A stretch of DNA of 64,000 bases from Ensifer sp. (GTDB lineage Bacteria; Pseudomonadota; Alphaproteobacteria; Rhizobiales; Rhizobiaceae), in contig NZ_DASYHB010000121.1 of the NCBI RefSeq assembly GCF_035999185.1, forward strand, positions 10,154 through 74,153, read 5' to 3'. Position 1 is the first letter of the stretch, and each line of letters opens with the position of its first letter. A program made the position numbers and the translations under genes. The notes beneath the pieces are model-generated. The model was not told the DNA's origin, did no database searches, and was given only the letters and a program-made list of their open reading frames with translations. Below, piece by piece: positions 41,176-50,796 of this stretch.

Positions 41176-42243
41176 TTAGCCTCTCATGAATGCGTCGATT
41201 TGGCTGAGTGTGAGGTCGCGAGCAGCGCCGCCGCGCCGCCAGCCGTCATACCAGCGCGCGGTCCAGTTGATTGCCTCGATTTGGCTGAGGCGGGCGATCC
41301 AGGACAGGGTGCTTGCGGCAAGCGCCGGGTCGAGGCCGAGCGTCTTCATCTCGCGGGGTTGATCTTCCGACGATGTGTCGCGCCATTCGGTCGGCAGGCC
41401 CATCGCGGTCTGGATGGCGGCGGCGACGTCCTTGACGGGGATCTGTGGCTCGGCTGGGGAGGGCCCGAAATTCAGGGCGGTCACCTCGGTCTCGCCGGCG
41501 TGGAGCGCTTCGGCAAGGGTGAAGTAGCCGTTGAGGCAATCAAGCACGTGCTGCCAAGGCCGGGTGGCGAGCGGGCTGCGGATGTCAAGCGTTTTGCCCG
41601 ACTGGGCCGCGCGCACGATGTCGGGAACCAGTCGGTCGACCGAGAAGTCGCCGCCGCCGAGCACGTTGCCCCCGCGGGCCGTCGCCACCTGCACGCCGCG
41701 TTCGCGCAGAAACGAATCCCGCCAGGTCGAGACGACCAGTTCGCACGCAGCCTTCGAGCCGGAATAGGGGTCGTGGCCACCAAGCACGGCGTCTTCCGGG
41801 AAGTGCCGACCGCTTTCGTCGTTGCGATAGACCTTGTCGGTGGTCACGACGACGACGGTCTTGAGCGCGGGCGAGTGACGTGCTGCGTCCAGCAGGCGTA
41901 CCGTTCCCATGACGTTGACGTCGAACGTGTCGGCCGGCGTCCGGTAACTCTCGCGCACCAACGGCTGCGCCGCCATGTGGAGGATGATCTCCGGATCGCA
42001 CTTCAGGATCGCCGCGGCAAGCGTGTCGCTGTCGCGAATGTCGGCGAGGTATTCGTCGATGGTCTGGCCGGCGCCAAGCAGGGCGTGAAGGGAGGGCTCT
42101 GCCGCCGGCGGCAGGGCGTAACCGGTCACGCTGGCACCCATATTGGTCAGCCACAGTCGCGCCCAGCTCCCCTTGAAGCCGGTGTGGCCCGTCAGCAGCA
42201 CGCGCTTGCCGACCCAGAAGGATGGGTTTGCCAGCCGGCTCAT
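41176..42243 (-). CDS. rfbG: CDP-glucose 4,6-dehydratase
   Basis: TGHTGFKGSW, AAQPLVRESY, TTDKVY, YSGSK, RPWQHV. Confidence 0.93.
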   Translation of the reverse strand: MSRLANPSFWVGKRVLLTGHTGFKGSWARLWLTNMGASVTGYALPPAAEPSLHALLGAGQTIDEYLADIRDSDTLAAAILKCDPEIILHMAAQPLVRESYRTPADTFDVNVMGTVRLLDAARHSPALKTVVVVTTDKVYRNDESGRHFPEDAVLGGHDPYSGSKAACELVVSTWRDSFLRERGVQVATARGGNVLGGGDFSVDRLVPDIVRAAQSGKTLDIRSPLATRPWQHVLDCLNGYFTLAEALHAGETEVTALNFGPSPAEPQIPVKDVAAAIQTAMGLPTEWRDTSSEDQPREMKTLGLDPALAASTLSWIARLSQIEAINWTARWYDGWRRGGAARDLTLSQIDAFMRG

Positions 42244-43007
42244 GCCCAGACTTTCCAGGGCGCAGCACCGCCCTGCCAGAGGTCTTCGAGCTGGTTCTTG
42301 TCGCGCAGCGTATCCATCGGACGCCAGAAACCGCCATGTTCAAAGGCCATCAACTGGCCTTCTGCCGCAAGGCCTTCCAAAGGCTCGGCCTCGAACGGCG
42401 TGTGGTCCCCTTCGATCCGGTCGAGGACCGAGCGGTTGAGGACGAAGAAGCCGCCATTGATGTGACCGTTGTCGCCGGCCGGCTTCTCGATGAAGCTTTG
42501 AACCCGCCCATCGTTGACAGCAAGCGCGCCGTAGCGGCCCGGCGGGATGACGCTTGTCACGGTTGCCTGACGGCCGTGATGACGGTGGAAATCGGTCAGC
42601 GCCTTGATGTCGATGTTTGCGACGCCGTCACCATAGGTAAGGCAGAACGTATCGCCCAGGTGATCGGCGACGCGTTTCAGACGTCCGCCGGTCATGGAAT
42701 CGGTTCCGGTATCGACGAGCGTGACGCGCCAGGGCTCGGCCTTGTTCGAGTGAAACAGGGTCTCGCCCGTTCTCATGCAATAGGTGACGTCGGAGGAGTG
42801 CAGCACGTAGTTGGCGAAGTACTCCTTGATCATGTAGCCACGGTAGCCGAGGCAGATCACGAAATCCGAAAACCCGTAGTGGCTGTAGATCTTCATGATG
42901 TGCCAAAGGATCGGCCGACCGCCGATCTCGATCATCGGTTTCGGCCTGAGATGGCTCTCTTCCGAGATGCGCGTGCCGTAGCCACCGGCAAGAATGACAA
43001 CCTTCAT
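42240..43007 (-). CDS. rfbF: Glucose-1-phosphate cytidylyltransferase
   Basis: LAGGYGTRISEES..PKPM, TGGRLKR, TYGDG, WRPMDTLRD. Confidence 0.93.
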   Translation of the reverse strand: MKVVILAGGYGTRISEESHLRPKPMIEIGGRPILWHIMKIYSHYGFSDFVICLGYRGYMIKEYFANYVLHSSDVTYCMRTGETLFHSNKAEPWRVTLVDTGTDSMTGGRLKRVADHLGDTFCLTYGDGVANIDIKALTDFHRHHGRQATVTSVIPPGRYGALAVNDGRVQSFIEKPAGDNGHINGGFFVLNRSVLDRIEGDHTPFEAEPLEGLAAEGQLMAFEHGGFWRPMDTLRDKNQLEDLWQGGAAPWKVWA

Positions 43008-43210
43008 GTAAGTGCCCTGTAGTTGCATGTGCCCCGAACACAACGGGTTGCCTCGCCGTATATCAGCGCGACCTTGTGTGTAGATGGCTCCGGCGCATTG
43101 ACAATCCCGCTTGTCGAACTATGAACCACGACACACAACTTTTTGGCGCGAAGCGCCAGGTTCATTGCACGATTTGCGATATTAATGCAATCGCTGAGTG
43201 AGACGGCGGA

Positions 43211-44062
43211 ATGGCGAGAGTAAGCATCGGTTTGCCGACCTATAACGGCGCGGAGTTCATCGGCGAGTGCCTTGCCTCCCTTCGGGATCAGAGCTTCGAG
43301 GATTTTGAAGTCTTCATTTCCGACAACGGCTCGACCGACGGCACCAGCGACATTTGTGCGGACTTCGCAAGGACGGACAAACGGTTCCGTCACGTGTTCT
43401 ATCCTGAAACCGTACCCGCGACGGAGAACTTCATAAGAGCGCGGGATATGACGAGCGCGCCCTATTTTTGCTGGCGCGCGGATGACGACCTGGCCGATCG
43501 CGAGCATCTCGCGGGCCTGGTGTCGGCGCTGGATGGAAACCCCCAAGCGGTGCTGGCGGTTTCTCCGGTGCTTCGGATTACGGAAAGCGCTGAGCGGCTG
43601 TTCGAGCTTCCGTCTTCAATCGCGAACGACCGCGTGGGGCGTATTCGTGATATCCTGATCGGGTGCCATCCCAGCTGGTTCTACGGTCTATGGAGGCGAG
43701 AGGCGACCGACAGCGCCCTGGGCGGTTTCGCGAACTACGAGTTTGCCTGGGCGGCCGATCATCTGGCGATGCTGCCGGCGATCCTCGACAATGCCGTTGC
43801 GCTGTCGCCCGAAGGGCGCTTCATTCAGCGCATCAAGCGGCAAGCGAACTACCATCTGCCGCCGGACAAGTTGCTGCAGGCGCGTAAGCAGTATCGGCAA
43901 CTTGCGCTTGAGATGATCGCTGAGCGCGAGTGGTCACCGGCCGAATTGAAGATCATAAGACGCGCGCTGGAACTCCACCTGGAACGCCGTGTTGCGCCGT
44001 GGTTCAAGACGCACAAGCGTGCGATAAAGCATAAACTGCGCTCGGCCTTGCCGTTCGGTTGA
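43211..44062 (+). CDS. GT2 family glycosyltransferase
   Basis: SIGLPTYN, DNGSTDGT, ADDD. Confidence 0.88.
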   Translation: MARVSIGLPTYNGAEFIGECLASLRDQSFEDFEVFISDNGSTDGTSDICADFARTDKRFRHVFYPETVPATENFIRARDMTSAPYFCWRADDDLADREHLAGLVSALDGNPQAVLAVSPVLRITESAERLFELPSSIANDRVGRIRDILIGCHPSWFYGLWRREATDSALGGFANYEFAWAADHLAMLPAILDNAVALSPEGRFIQRIKRQANYHLPPDKLLQARKQYRQLALEMIAEREWSPAELKIIRRALELHLERRVAPWFKTHKRAIKHKLRSALPFG

Positions 44063-44071
44063 AGACCGGCC

Positions 44072-45181
44072 TCAGGCCGCAGCGCAATCGCGCAGGACCT
44101 GAACCACGCGCGCGATCTCTTCGCCCGTCATGTCGTGATAGCTCGGCAGGTTGATCGCCCGGCCGGGCAAGTCGTAGGCCGTGGCGTTGGCCGGCACGTC
44201 ATCGAAGGGCGGCAGGGAGCTCAGCGGCCAGAAGAAGACGCGGGCGTCGATGTTTTCGACCGCAAAGGCTTCCTGCAACCTTTCCCGTGTTACGCCTGTC
44301 TCCTGCGCAAAGACGACGGTCGGCATCCAGAAACCGTTTTTCGTTCCTTCCGGCTCCGGGTTCATGGCCAGGGCGTTCACGCCGGAAAGCTGTTCCCGGT
44401 AGGCGTAGAAGATCTCGCGCTTGCGCTCCACCAGTTCATCGACGCGCTCGATCTGCGCCAGGCCGATGGCGGCCTGCAGGTTCGACATCTTGTACTTGAA
44501 GCCGATTTCGTCCGGCCAGAACTGCTTTTTCTGGCCGCGGGCGCGGCCATGGTTGGAAAGCGTCAGGACCTTGTCGTAAAGCTTGCTGTCGCTGGTGACG
44601 AACATGCCGCCTTCGCCAGTCGTCACGGTCTTGGTGCCGTGGAAGGAGAAGGCACCGAAGGCGCCAAGCGAACCGGCCTTACGTCCGCGCCATTCCGAGC
44701 CGAGCGCTTCGGCGGCATCCTCGACGACCGGAATGTTGTGCCGCGCGCCGATCTCGAGCAGACGATCCATGTCGCAGAGATTGCCGTAAATATGCACGGC
44801 CATGATGGCCTTCGTCTTCGGCGTAATCGCCGATTCAACTTTTTCCGGATCGATGCACCAGCTGTCTGCGAGGACGTCGACGAAAACAGGCTTCGCGCCG
44901 AGGTGAACGATCGGGGCAGCTGAAGCCGTCCAATTGGTGTCGGCGAGGATAACCTCGTCACCCGGTCCGACGCCGAGAGCGGCAAGCCCCATGTGCAATG
45001 CACCGGTGCAGCTCGACGTCGAGATCGCGTGCGTCGTGCCCAGATGTGCAGCAAAGGCAGCCTCGAACCGGTTGATATAGTCGTAGCAGCGCTCGCCCCA
45101 TCCGTTGGCCGCGGCGTCTGTGGCATAGGCGACTTCACGCTCTGTGATCGAGGGCTTGGTGTAGAGAATGCGGGGTTTCAT
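44072..45181 (-). CDS. DegT/DnrJ/EryC1/StrS sugar aminotransferase (perosamine synthase-like)
   Basis: SSCTGALH, VEDAAEALG, FSFHGTK (PLP Lys), GEGG, GFKYKM. Confidence 0.92.
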   Translation of the reverse strand: MKPRILYTKPSITEREVAYATDAAANGWGERCYDYINRFEAAFAAHLGTTHAISTSSCTGALHMGLAALGVGPGDEVILADTNWTASAAPIVHLGAKPVFVDVLADSWCIDPEKVESAITPKTKAIMAVHIYGNLCDMDRLLEIGARHNIPVVEDAAEALGSEWRGRKAGSLGAFGAFSFHGTKTVTTGEGGMFVTSDSKLYDKVLTLSNHGRARGQKKQFWPDEIGFKYKMSNLQAAIGLAQIERVDELVERKREIFYAYREQLSGVNALAMNPEPEGTKNGFWMPTVVFAQETGVTRERLQEAFAVENIDARVFFWPLSSLPPFDDVPANATAYDLPGRAINLPSYHDMTGEEIARVVQVLRDCAAA

Positions 45182-45295
45182 GGGGCGCCGTTCGATAGAG
45201 ACCTGGACGTTGCTGGAAAGCCGTGGATGCCGGAGCGGGAGAGACAAGGCATCTTGTTTCGTTCTCCCGCTGCCGCTTGTTCTGGTTCGCCCGCG

Positions 45296-46447
45296 TCAGA
45301 GCCAGACGTGGTCGAGGCCTGGTCGCTCGAGCCACGGTTGCGCGGCGATGGCGGCGCGGGCCTTCAAGGGGTTGAGGCCGATGAACAGCGCCTCGGCGTC
45401 CCCCGGCAGGTCCTCTGGCGACAGGACGGGAATGCCGAAGTGGGTTGCGCCCTTCATGTTTTCGTTGCGATCCAGGAACGCCACGACATCGACGGCCTGG
45501 CCGATGCGCCCGTAAATCCAGCTTCCGTAGAAGCCGGCGCCGTAGATCGCGACCTTGCGCTTGGCGTAGCGCTCAACCCCGTCTTTAAGTTTTACCGATG
45601 CCTGATCCCAGAAGGCGCAGATGTCACGCGCCTGTTTGGCCGCCTCAACGGCCGCAGCGGACGTGCCTGGAACGTCGAGCGCCGCCGCGGAGCTGCGCGC
45701 GACGACGAAAAAGGCGCCGGGAAACGAGGTGTTGTCGACGGTTTCCACCTCAAAGCCTGCGCTTGTGAGGGCATGGACAATCGACGCCTGGCTGAAATGG
45801 TTGAGGTGGTCGGCAACCGCCATGTCACCGGGATTGCCCGCAACGTCGGGCACGGAGAACAGGAAGGTGCCACCCGGGCGCAGCAGGTTGTGCACGTCGC
45901 GCATGAAGCCGACGGGATCGGCCACGTGCTCGACGACGAAATGGCACATGACCGCCTCAAACGTCTTCTGCCAGGTCTCGGGCACCGTATAGGTTGCCTG
46001 TGCCGCTTCCGGCACCCAGCCCTGCCAGGCGGCCGCATAGTCCGAACTGACATCGAAGACGTGGGGGTGAAGGTCGTCGCGCGCCGCAACCATCTTGCGC
46101 AACGTGTCCGCCTTGGCGGCACCATAGTCGAGGATCGAAGCGCTCTTGGGAAGGTCAAGCAGGCGGAGTGACAATGCGGCCTGGTGATCGGTGCGATAGA
46201 TGATCGTGCCATCTGCCGCGATCGCGAAGAACTGGTCGTGGTTCTCGCTGCTGAGAGAGATCCGATAGCCGGTGTCGTAGAAGGCCTCGATATCAGGAAT
46301 ATCGTCGCTTTGCGCATGTCCGCAGACGCCGCACACGTAGACGCGCGTCGGCACGTCGAGCAACGTGGTGCTCGACGTCAGGGCCGGCGCAGGCACTTCA
46401 TAGGATGGGGCGCCGATGTGGTCGCCACAAACTCGGCAGGCAGTCAT
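45296..46447 (-). CDS. Zn-finger class I SAM-dependent methyltransferase (C-methyltransferase-like architecture)
   Basis: CRVC...CGVC, ILDYGA, HFVVEHV, C-terminal IYGAG Rossmann-like domain. Confidence 0.78.
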   Translation of the reverse strand: MTACRVCGDHIGAPSYEVPAPALTSSTTLLDVPTRVYVCGVCGHAQSDDIPDIEAFYDTGYRISLSSENHDQFFAIAADGTIIYRTDHQAALSLRLLDLPKSASILDYGAAKADTLRKMVAARDDLHPHVFDVSSDYAAAWQGWVPEAAQATYTVPETWQKTFEAVMCHFVVEHVADPVGFMRDVHNLLRPGGTFLFSVPDVAGNPGDMAVADHLNHFSQASIVHALTSAGFEVETVDNTSFPGAFFVVARSSAAALDVPGTSAAAVEAAKQARDICAFWDQASVKLKDGVERYAKRKVAIYGAGFYGSWIYGRIGQAVDVVAFLDRNENMKGATHFGIPVLSPEDLPGDAEALFIGLNPLKARAAIAAQPWLERPGLDHVWL

Positions 46448-47301
46448 GCCGGCTCTCCTTGCGGAGCGACCAGCTCCGGCAGGACGTCGGCGAACTTCAC
46501 GCCGGCCGCGAACGAGCCCTTCCATCCGATGCGGATGCCCACCGGTTCGGCGAAGTTGAAGTAGCGGAACTGTATGCTCCAGCGCGGGATCTGCGAGACA
46601 TTGTGGCCCGACTGGTGCAGAGTCAGGAAGTCCATCAGAATGAGGTCGCCGGGCTTGCTGAGCGGCGCGACATGCTTGTAGCGCGCCAGCCGTTCCTCGC
46701 CCTTGTGGAGATGCAGCGCATAGGCACCCGTCTTTCCGGCGCCGGCGTCATCCTCATACACGGGCACGAGCCCCTCGGCATGCGAGCCCTCGGCGATCTG
46801 AACCGGCCCCATGTCTGCGCTGACTGGCAGCAACGGTGTCCAGAAGACAATGCCGTCGACGCTGCGCAATTGCGACGGGAATTCCTGATGCCACTGTGCG
46901 CGGAACTTTTCCTCGCCGGGATTGTCGATACGCATCCCGTAGCCGCCAGCGGCGATACCGGGAATGCTGCCAGGTCGCAGCGCCTTGAAGACCTCGTCGT
47001 TGGCAGCGGCGCTGACGAGGCGCATGAAGGCGGGGATCTGCTTCACCGCATCATAGACCTCGCCGCCCCAGGAACGGTTGACGGCAATGAGCCTGCGGTA
47101 GGCGATAGACATCGCTTCCTCAGCGGTCCCAGTCGGCGCGTCGACGCCGTACTTCTTGCAAAGCAGTTCGAGGATCTGGCGGACGCCCTCCTGGATGGGG
47201 GCGATCTCAGCCTGGATATCGTAGAAGCCCGGCACCAGATGATAGCCGTCGGTCTCGAACTGTTGGCGCGCGCTTTCGGAAATGATGGTGCTGTTCTTCA
47301 T
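46444..47301 (-). CDS. Phytanoyl-CoA dioxygenase (PhyH) family Fe(II)/2-oxoglutarate oxygenase
   Basis: FETDGY start, WHQE and LHQSG facial triad (HxE...H), GSH. Confidence 0.82.
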   Translation of the reverse strand: MKNSTIISESARQQFETDGYHLVPGFYDIQAEIAPIQEGVRQILELLCKKYGVDAPTGTAEEAMSIAYRRLIAVNRSWGGEVYDAVKQIPAFMRLVSAAANDEVFKALRPGSIPGIAAGGYGMRIDNPGEEKFRAQWHQEFPSQLRSVDGIVFWTPLLPVSADMGPVQIAEGSHAEGLVPVYEDDAGAGKTGAYALHLHKGEERLARYKHVAPLSKPGDLILMDFLTLHQSGHNVSQIPRWSIQFRYFNFAEPVGIRIGWKGSFAAGVKFADVLPELVAPQGEPA

Positions 47302-48023
47302 GATACGCGATCTTCCTCCTTCAGGAATTCCCGCCAAGACACGGTCGTCGGTGACAAATGCTTGCGCGCATCGGGACCGGTGCGCGCGATGAGGTCCAGT
47401 ACGGATACATAAGGCGTGAAGGTTTCGCGGGGCTGGGGCCACGGCGTGCAGCTATAGCTCATGTACTCGACGTGGACGCCGGCGGCTTCGAATGCGCCGT
47501 GATCGAGATAGTTGGCAGCGCCGTGCCCGGTCAGATAGCGCGTGCCTCCAGCCGAAAGCACCAAATTGAGCACGCGCTGCCACGACGTTCCGGTAATCGC
47601 CATTTCACTGGAGCGTTGCACGATGCGTTCAGCGCCGATGCCCATGTAGCGGGCAGAGACCTCGATGCTGGCGATCAGCAGATCGCAAACCGTCTCCTTG
47701 GCGTAGACCTCGTCGAAGACAGCCAGCGCATCGTCGATGAAGGGCGCTCCGCTCAGTGACTGGCGCAGCAGCGAGCGGTGGCTTGCGCGCCACTCTTCGC
47801 CGGTTCCCGATAGGTCACGGATTTTCTGAAAGCTTCCCTTGCCGGCAAGCGGGATCGTCATCCACGCCCGATCGTTGCCGTTCAGCAGTTGGATGCGATT
47901 GGTGAAGCTGCCTTTCGAAAACTGGGCATCGTCCAGATAGATGTATCCGTCGGCAACCATCAGTTGCTCAAAGAAGCCCGGCCAGGGAAAAAGCATCGGC
48001 TGTGAGATGACGACAGCTGTCAC
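47298..48023 (-). CDS. WbqC family protein
   Basis: QP..FPW.GFF, DDAQF, NRIQL, YLTGHGA..Y, S.LDL motifs. Confidence 0.85.
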   Translation of the reverse strand: MTAVVISQPMLFPWPGFFEQLMVADGYIYLDDAQFSKGSFTNRIQLLNGNDRAWMTIPLAGKGSFQKIRDLSGTGEEWRASHRSLLRQSLSGAPFIDDALAVFDEVYAKETVCDLLIASIEVSARYMGIGAERIVQRSSEMAITGTSWQRVLNLVLSAGGTRYLTGHGAANYLDHGAFEAAGVHVEYMSYSCTPWPQPRETFTPYVSVLDLIARTGPDARKHLSPTTVSWREFLKEEDRVS

Positions 48024-48580
48024 GAGCCCACCTCGCTCAACACATGCTCCAGCAGCGCGACATCATGTTGGTGCCCTTCGGCGTCGACGAAGTGTTTCTC
48101 CATCGTGCCGACAATGCGGTAGCCGAGCCCGAGATGAAGCTTCATGGAGGGGTGATTGTCCACCCTGATTTCCGCAAGGAGCTTGCGTAGCCCCAGCTGG
48201 ATACGGCTGAACGACATTAGTTGTCGCAGCGCCGATTGGCCAAGCCCACGCCCCCGGGCGTGGGCGGCAAGCACGATCCCGCCATATCCGGTTCCGTTCT
48301 TGCGGTGAACTTGACTGACCTGAACGTAACCGACGGCTCTTCGGGAAGCGCCATCTTCAATCACAAGGAAGGCCTCGCCTGGTTGGCTTTTCCGCCGATC
48401 CACCCATGCTTCCAGGTCGTCGTCGGTCGTTCCGTCTGGCACGGTTAGCAAGAGCGATTGCAGTTCTCGGTCGCGACGCAGCGCAAACAACAGTGGAAAA
48501 TCACCGGCATCGACGGAGCGCAGGTTTAGGTTGCCCTCCGCCGTGTGGGCAATTCCCGCATCCTCTATTTGCGTACGCAC
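48020..48580 (-). CDS. GNAT (RimJ/RimL-like) N-acyltransferase
   Basis: RGRGLG acyl-CoA motif, N..S..L...LGY..VG. Confidence 0.85.
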   Translation of the reverse strand: MRTQIEDAGIAHTAEGNLNLRSVDAGDFPLLFALRRDRELQSLLLTVPDGTTDDDLEAWVDRRKSQPGEAFLVIEDGASRRAVGYVQVSQVHRKNGTGYGGIVLAAHARGRGLGQSALRQLMSFSRIQLGLRKLLAEIRVDNHPSMKLHLGLGYRIVGTMEKHFVDAEGHQHDVALLEHVLSEVGS

Positions 48581-49317
48581 TTCAGGTAGCCCCCAGGCGA
48601 GCTCGATAGCACGAGTTTCCCGTTGAGGACGGGATCGGTCTCGAAGCGATCCGTTTCCTTGAGATAGGTGTTCAGCGCCGCATAGGGCTCGTCGCCCGGA
48701 TACCAGATTTTGGAGCGCTTTGTCGGCGTTTGCGAGGTGTCGCCCCAGCCAAGCAAGGTATCTGCGACAACGATGTACTGGCCTTCGGTTACCAGCGGGC
48801 CATAGGTCCGCAGCTCGTCCAGCACATGGTCGCGGCTGTGGTCGCTGTCGAGCACCACCATGACCGAGGCGCCTGGCGGGATTTCGGCCTTGACCTTCGC
48901 CAGCGTTTCTTCGGTCGTTGAAGGGCCCTCGATCAGCGTGATGCGCGAGGACATGGGGTGTTGCTCGATCGAGTCACGGTTGTGGGCGCGGATGTCGATG
49001 TCGACGCCGATGACCTTGCCCTTGCCGATCAGCTGCAGCATGGCCGCCATGAAGATCACCGAGCCGCCGCGGGCGACGCCTGTCTCGATGATGATGTCGG
49101 GCTTGGTGTTCCAGATGACTTCCTGGGTCGCCATGACATCGGCCGGCATCTGGATGATCGGCACGCCCATGAAGGACCACAGGTAGGAGTAGTCGTACTT
49201 GTCGAGCGTCACCAGGGTGTCGAGCGATTGCTGGAATGCGCCTTGATCCTGGCCCAGCGCAAGCGCCATTTCCGTCTTGTGGGCCTCGAATGCGAGACGA
49301 TCGTCTGCTACTGTCAT
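48565..49317 (-). CDS. CmcI / rhamnosyl O-methyltransferase family
   Basis: W.GVPIIQMP.D, KPDIIIETGVARGGS, VLDSDH. Confidence 0.88.
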   Translation of the reverse strand: MTVADDRLAFEAHKTEMALALGQDQGAFQQSLDTLVTLDKYDYSYLWSFMGVPIIQMPADVMATQEVIWNTKPDIIIETGVARGGSVIFMAAMLQLIGKGKVIGVDIDIRAHNRDSIEQHPMSSRITLIEGPSTTEETLAKVKAEIPPGASVMVVLDSDHSRDHVLDELRTYGPLVTEGQYIVVADTLLGWGDTSQTPTKRSKIWYPGDEPYAALNTYLKETDRFETDPVLNGKLVLSSSPGGYLKCVRK

Positions 49318-49502
49318 TGCTCCTGACACCCTTTTGAATGCACTCTATGGATGCGCCAACGGTGGCGAACCGTGAACTGTGGCGGTTTCGCCGATTCGCG
49401 ACGCTTTTCCTGTGAACGCTTTCATGTCGGCAATTGTAAATACGGTCAAGGCCGGTTTCTTAGGGGCGAAAGGGTCGTCCTTGGTTTCCGGCGGAAGGTT
49501 TC

Positions 49503-50048
49503 ATGTCGCGCTTCGATCGAATTTCTACACCCATAGCGGGTCTGATGGTTGTCGAGCGGCAGCGCAGGGGCGACGATCGCGGTTTCTTTTCGCGCTTCTT
49601 CTGCCGCGACGCGCTTGCCGACTTCGGCGGAGGTGGGACGATCGCCCAGATCAACCATACGCTGACGCAGGCGGCCGGCACGATCCGCGGGCTGCACTTT
49701 CAGCGCGCGCCGCATGACGAGGCGAAATTCGTCTCTTGTCTTTCCGGCGCCGTCTTCGACGTCGCGGTCGACCTCAGACCAGGTTCTCCGACCTATCTGC
49801 ATTGGCACGGCGAAGTGCTGAGTGCGGAAAACGGACGCTCGATGATGATCCCTGGCGGCTTTGCCCATGGATTTCAGACGCTCGCAGACGATTGCGAACT
49901 GATCTATCTGCACGACAAGCCCTATGCACCCGAGGCTGAGGGCGGGCTTAATCCGCTCGATCCGCGACTGGCAATCGCCTGGCCGTTGCCGGTCGGGCAG
50001 ATGTCGGCGCGCGACCAGGCCCTGCCTGTGCTGCCGATCGCGAGCTGA
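49503..50048 (+). CDS. rfbC: NDP-4-keto-6-deoxyhexose 3,5-epimerase (RmlC/RfbC family)
   Basis: DDRGFF, IRGLHFQ, VAVDLR, FAHGFQTL, MSARD. Confidence 0.9.
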   Translation: MSRFDRISTPIAGLMVVERQRRGDDRGFFSRFFCRDALADFGGGGTIAQINHTLTQAAGTIRGLHFQRAPHDEAKFVSCLSGAVFDVAVDLRPGSPTYLHWHGEVLSAENGRSMMIPGGFAHGFQTLADDCELIYLHDKPYAPEAEGGLNPLDPRLAIAWPLPVGQMSARDQALPVLPIAS

Positions 50049-50132
50049 TCGCCGAAGCCTCCATCGTTGACTTCGCAGCGGATGGGAGGAGAATGAAGTC
50101 TCCGCGCCACCACGACAGAAGGGGTGTCGACG

Positions 50133-50603
50133 ATGACGATCGCCAGAAAACTTCAGAACTACATCGATGGTGCCGGGGTCGCCTACGACACCGTCGACCA
50201 TCATCGCACGGCCACCACCAGCCAGACCGCCAGGGCAGCGCATGTGCCCGGCAGCAGGCTTGCCAAGTCCGTGGTCGTCCACCATGAGATGGGCTACGTG
50301 CTTGCTGTGGTTCCGAGCACGCACCGGGTCGAGCTCTCCACCCTGCAGGATGTGATGGACCGCCGCCTCGGCCTTGCTTCGGAAGAGGAGGTGTGCACGC
50401 TTTTTGCCGATTGCGATATCGGCGCGGTGCCGCCTGTCGGATCGGCCTATGACGTGCCGGTGCTGCTCGACGAAAGCCTGGGTGCCGTCAACGACGTCTA
50501 TTTCGAGGGCGGCGACCACAGAACGCTGGTGCACATGAGCGGACCGAACTTCCGCAACCTGATGAAGGATGCGCGGATCGCCCGCTTCAGCCACCCGGCG
50601 TGA
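50133..50603 (+). CDS. YbaK/ProX aminoacyl-tRNA deacylase-like protein
   Basis: AKSVVV, LASEEE, GAVPPVG, EGGDH. Confidence 0.82.
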   Translation: MTIARKLQNYIDGAGVAYDTVDHHRTATTSQTARAAHVPGSRLAKSVVVHHEMGYVLAVVPSTHRVELSTLQDVMDRRLGLASEEEVCTLFADCDIGAVPPVGSAYDVPVLLDESLGAVNDVYFEGGDHRTLVHMSGPNFRNLMKDARIARFSHPA

Positions 50604-50796
50604 TCTCAGTTGTTCAGGTCCTCAGGGTCGTCGGTTTCTTCGGCGGCTCCGACCATGGCGCTTGCCCGGCGATATCTCGGGCTCCAACCAGCGGTCGAGA
50701 CGGGCCACGGCCGGAATGCGCCGGGGAGATCTTGTCAAAGTCCCAACTTGGTTGCACCATCACCGGGATAGGCACCTTTTGATGGGGGTGGGGGCG

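Noticed and set aside
46444-47301. Possibility that the PhyH-family enzyme is a halogenase
   Set aside because: The triad is HxE...H with the carboxylate retained; Fe/2-OG halogenases have Ala/Gly at that position
49340-49360. GGATGCGCCA resembling the tRNA-Arg 3' end (possible att site)
   Set aside because: Only about 9 nt match, opposite orientation to the tRNA, and no integrase nearby
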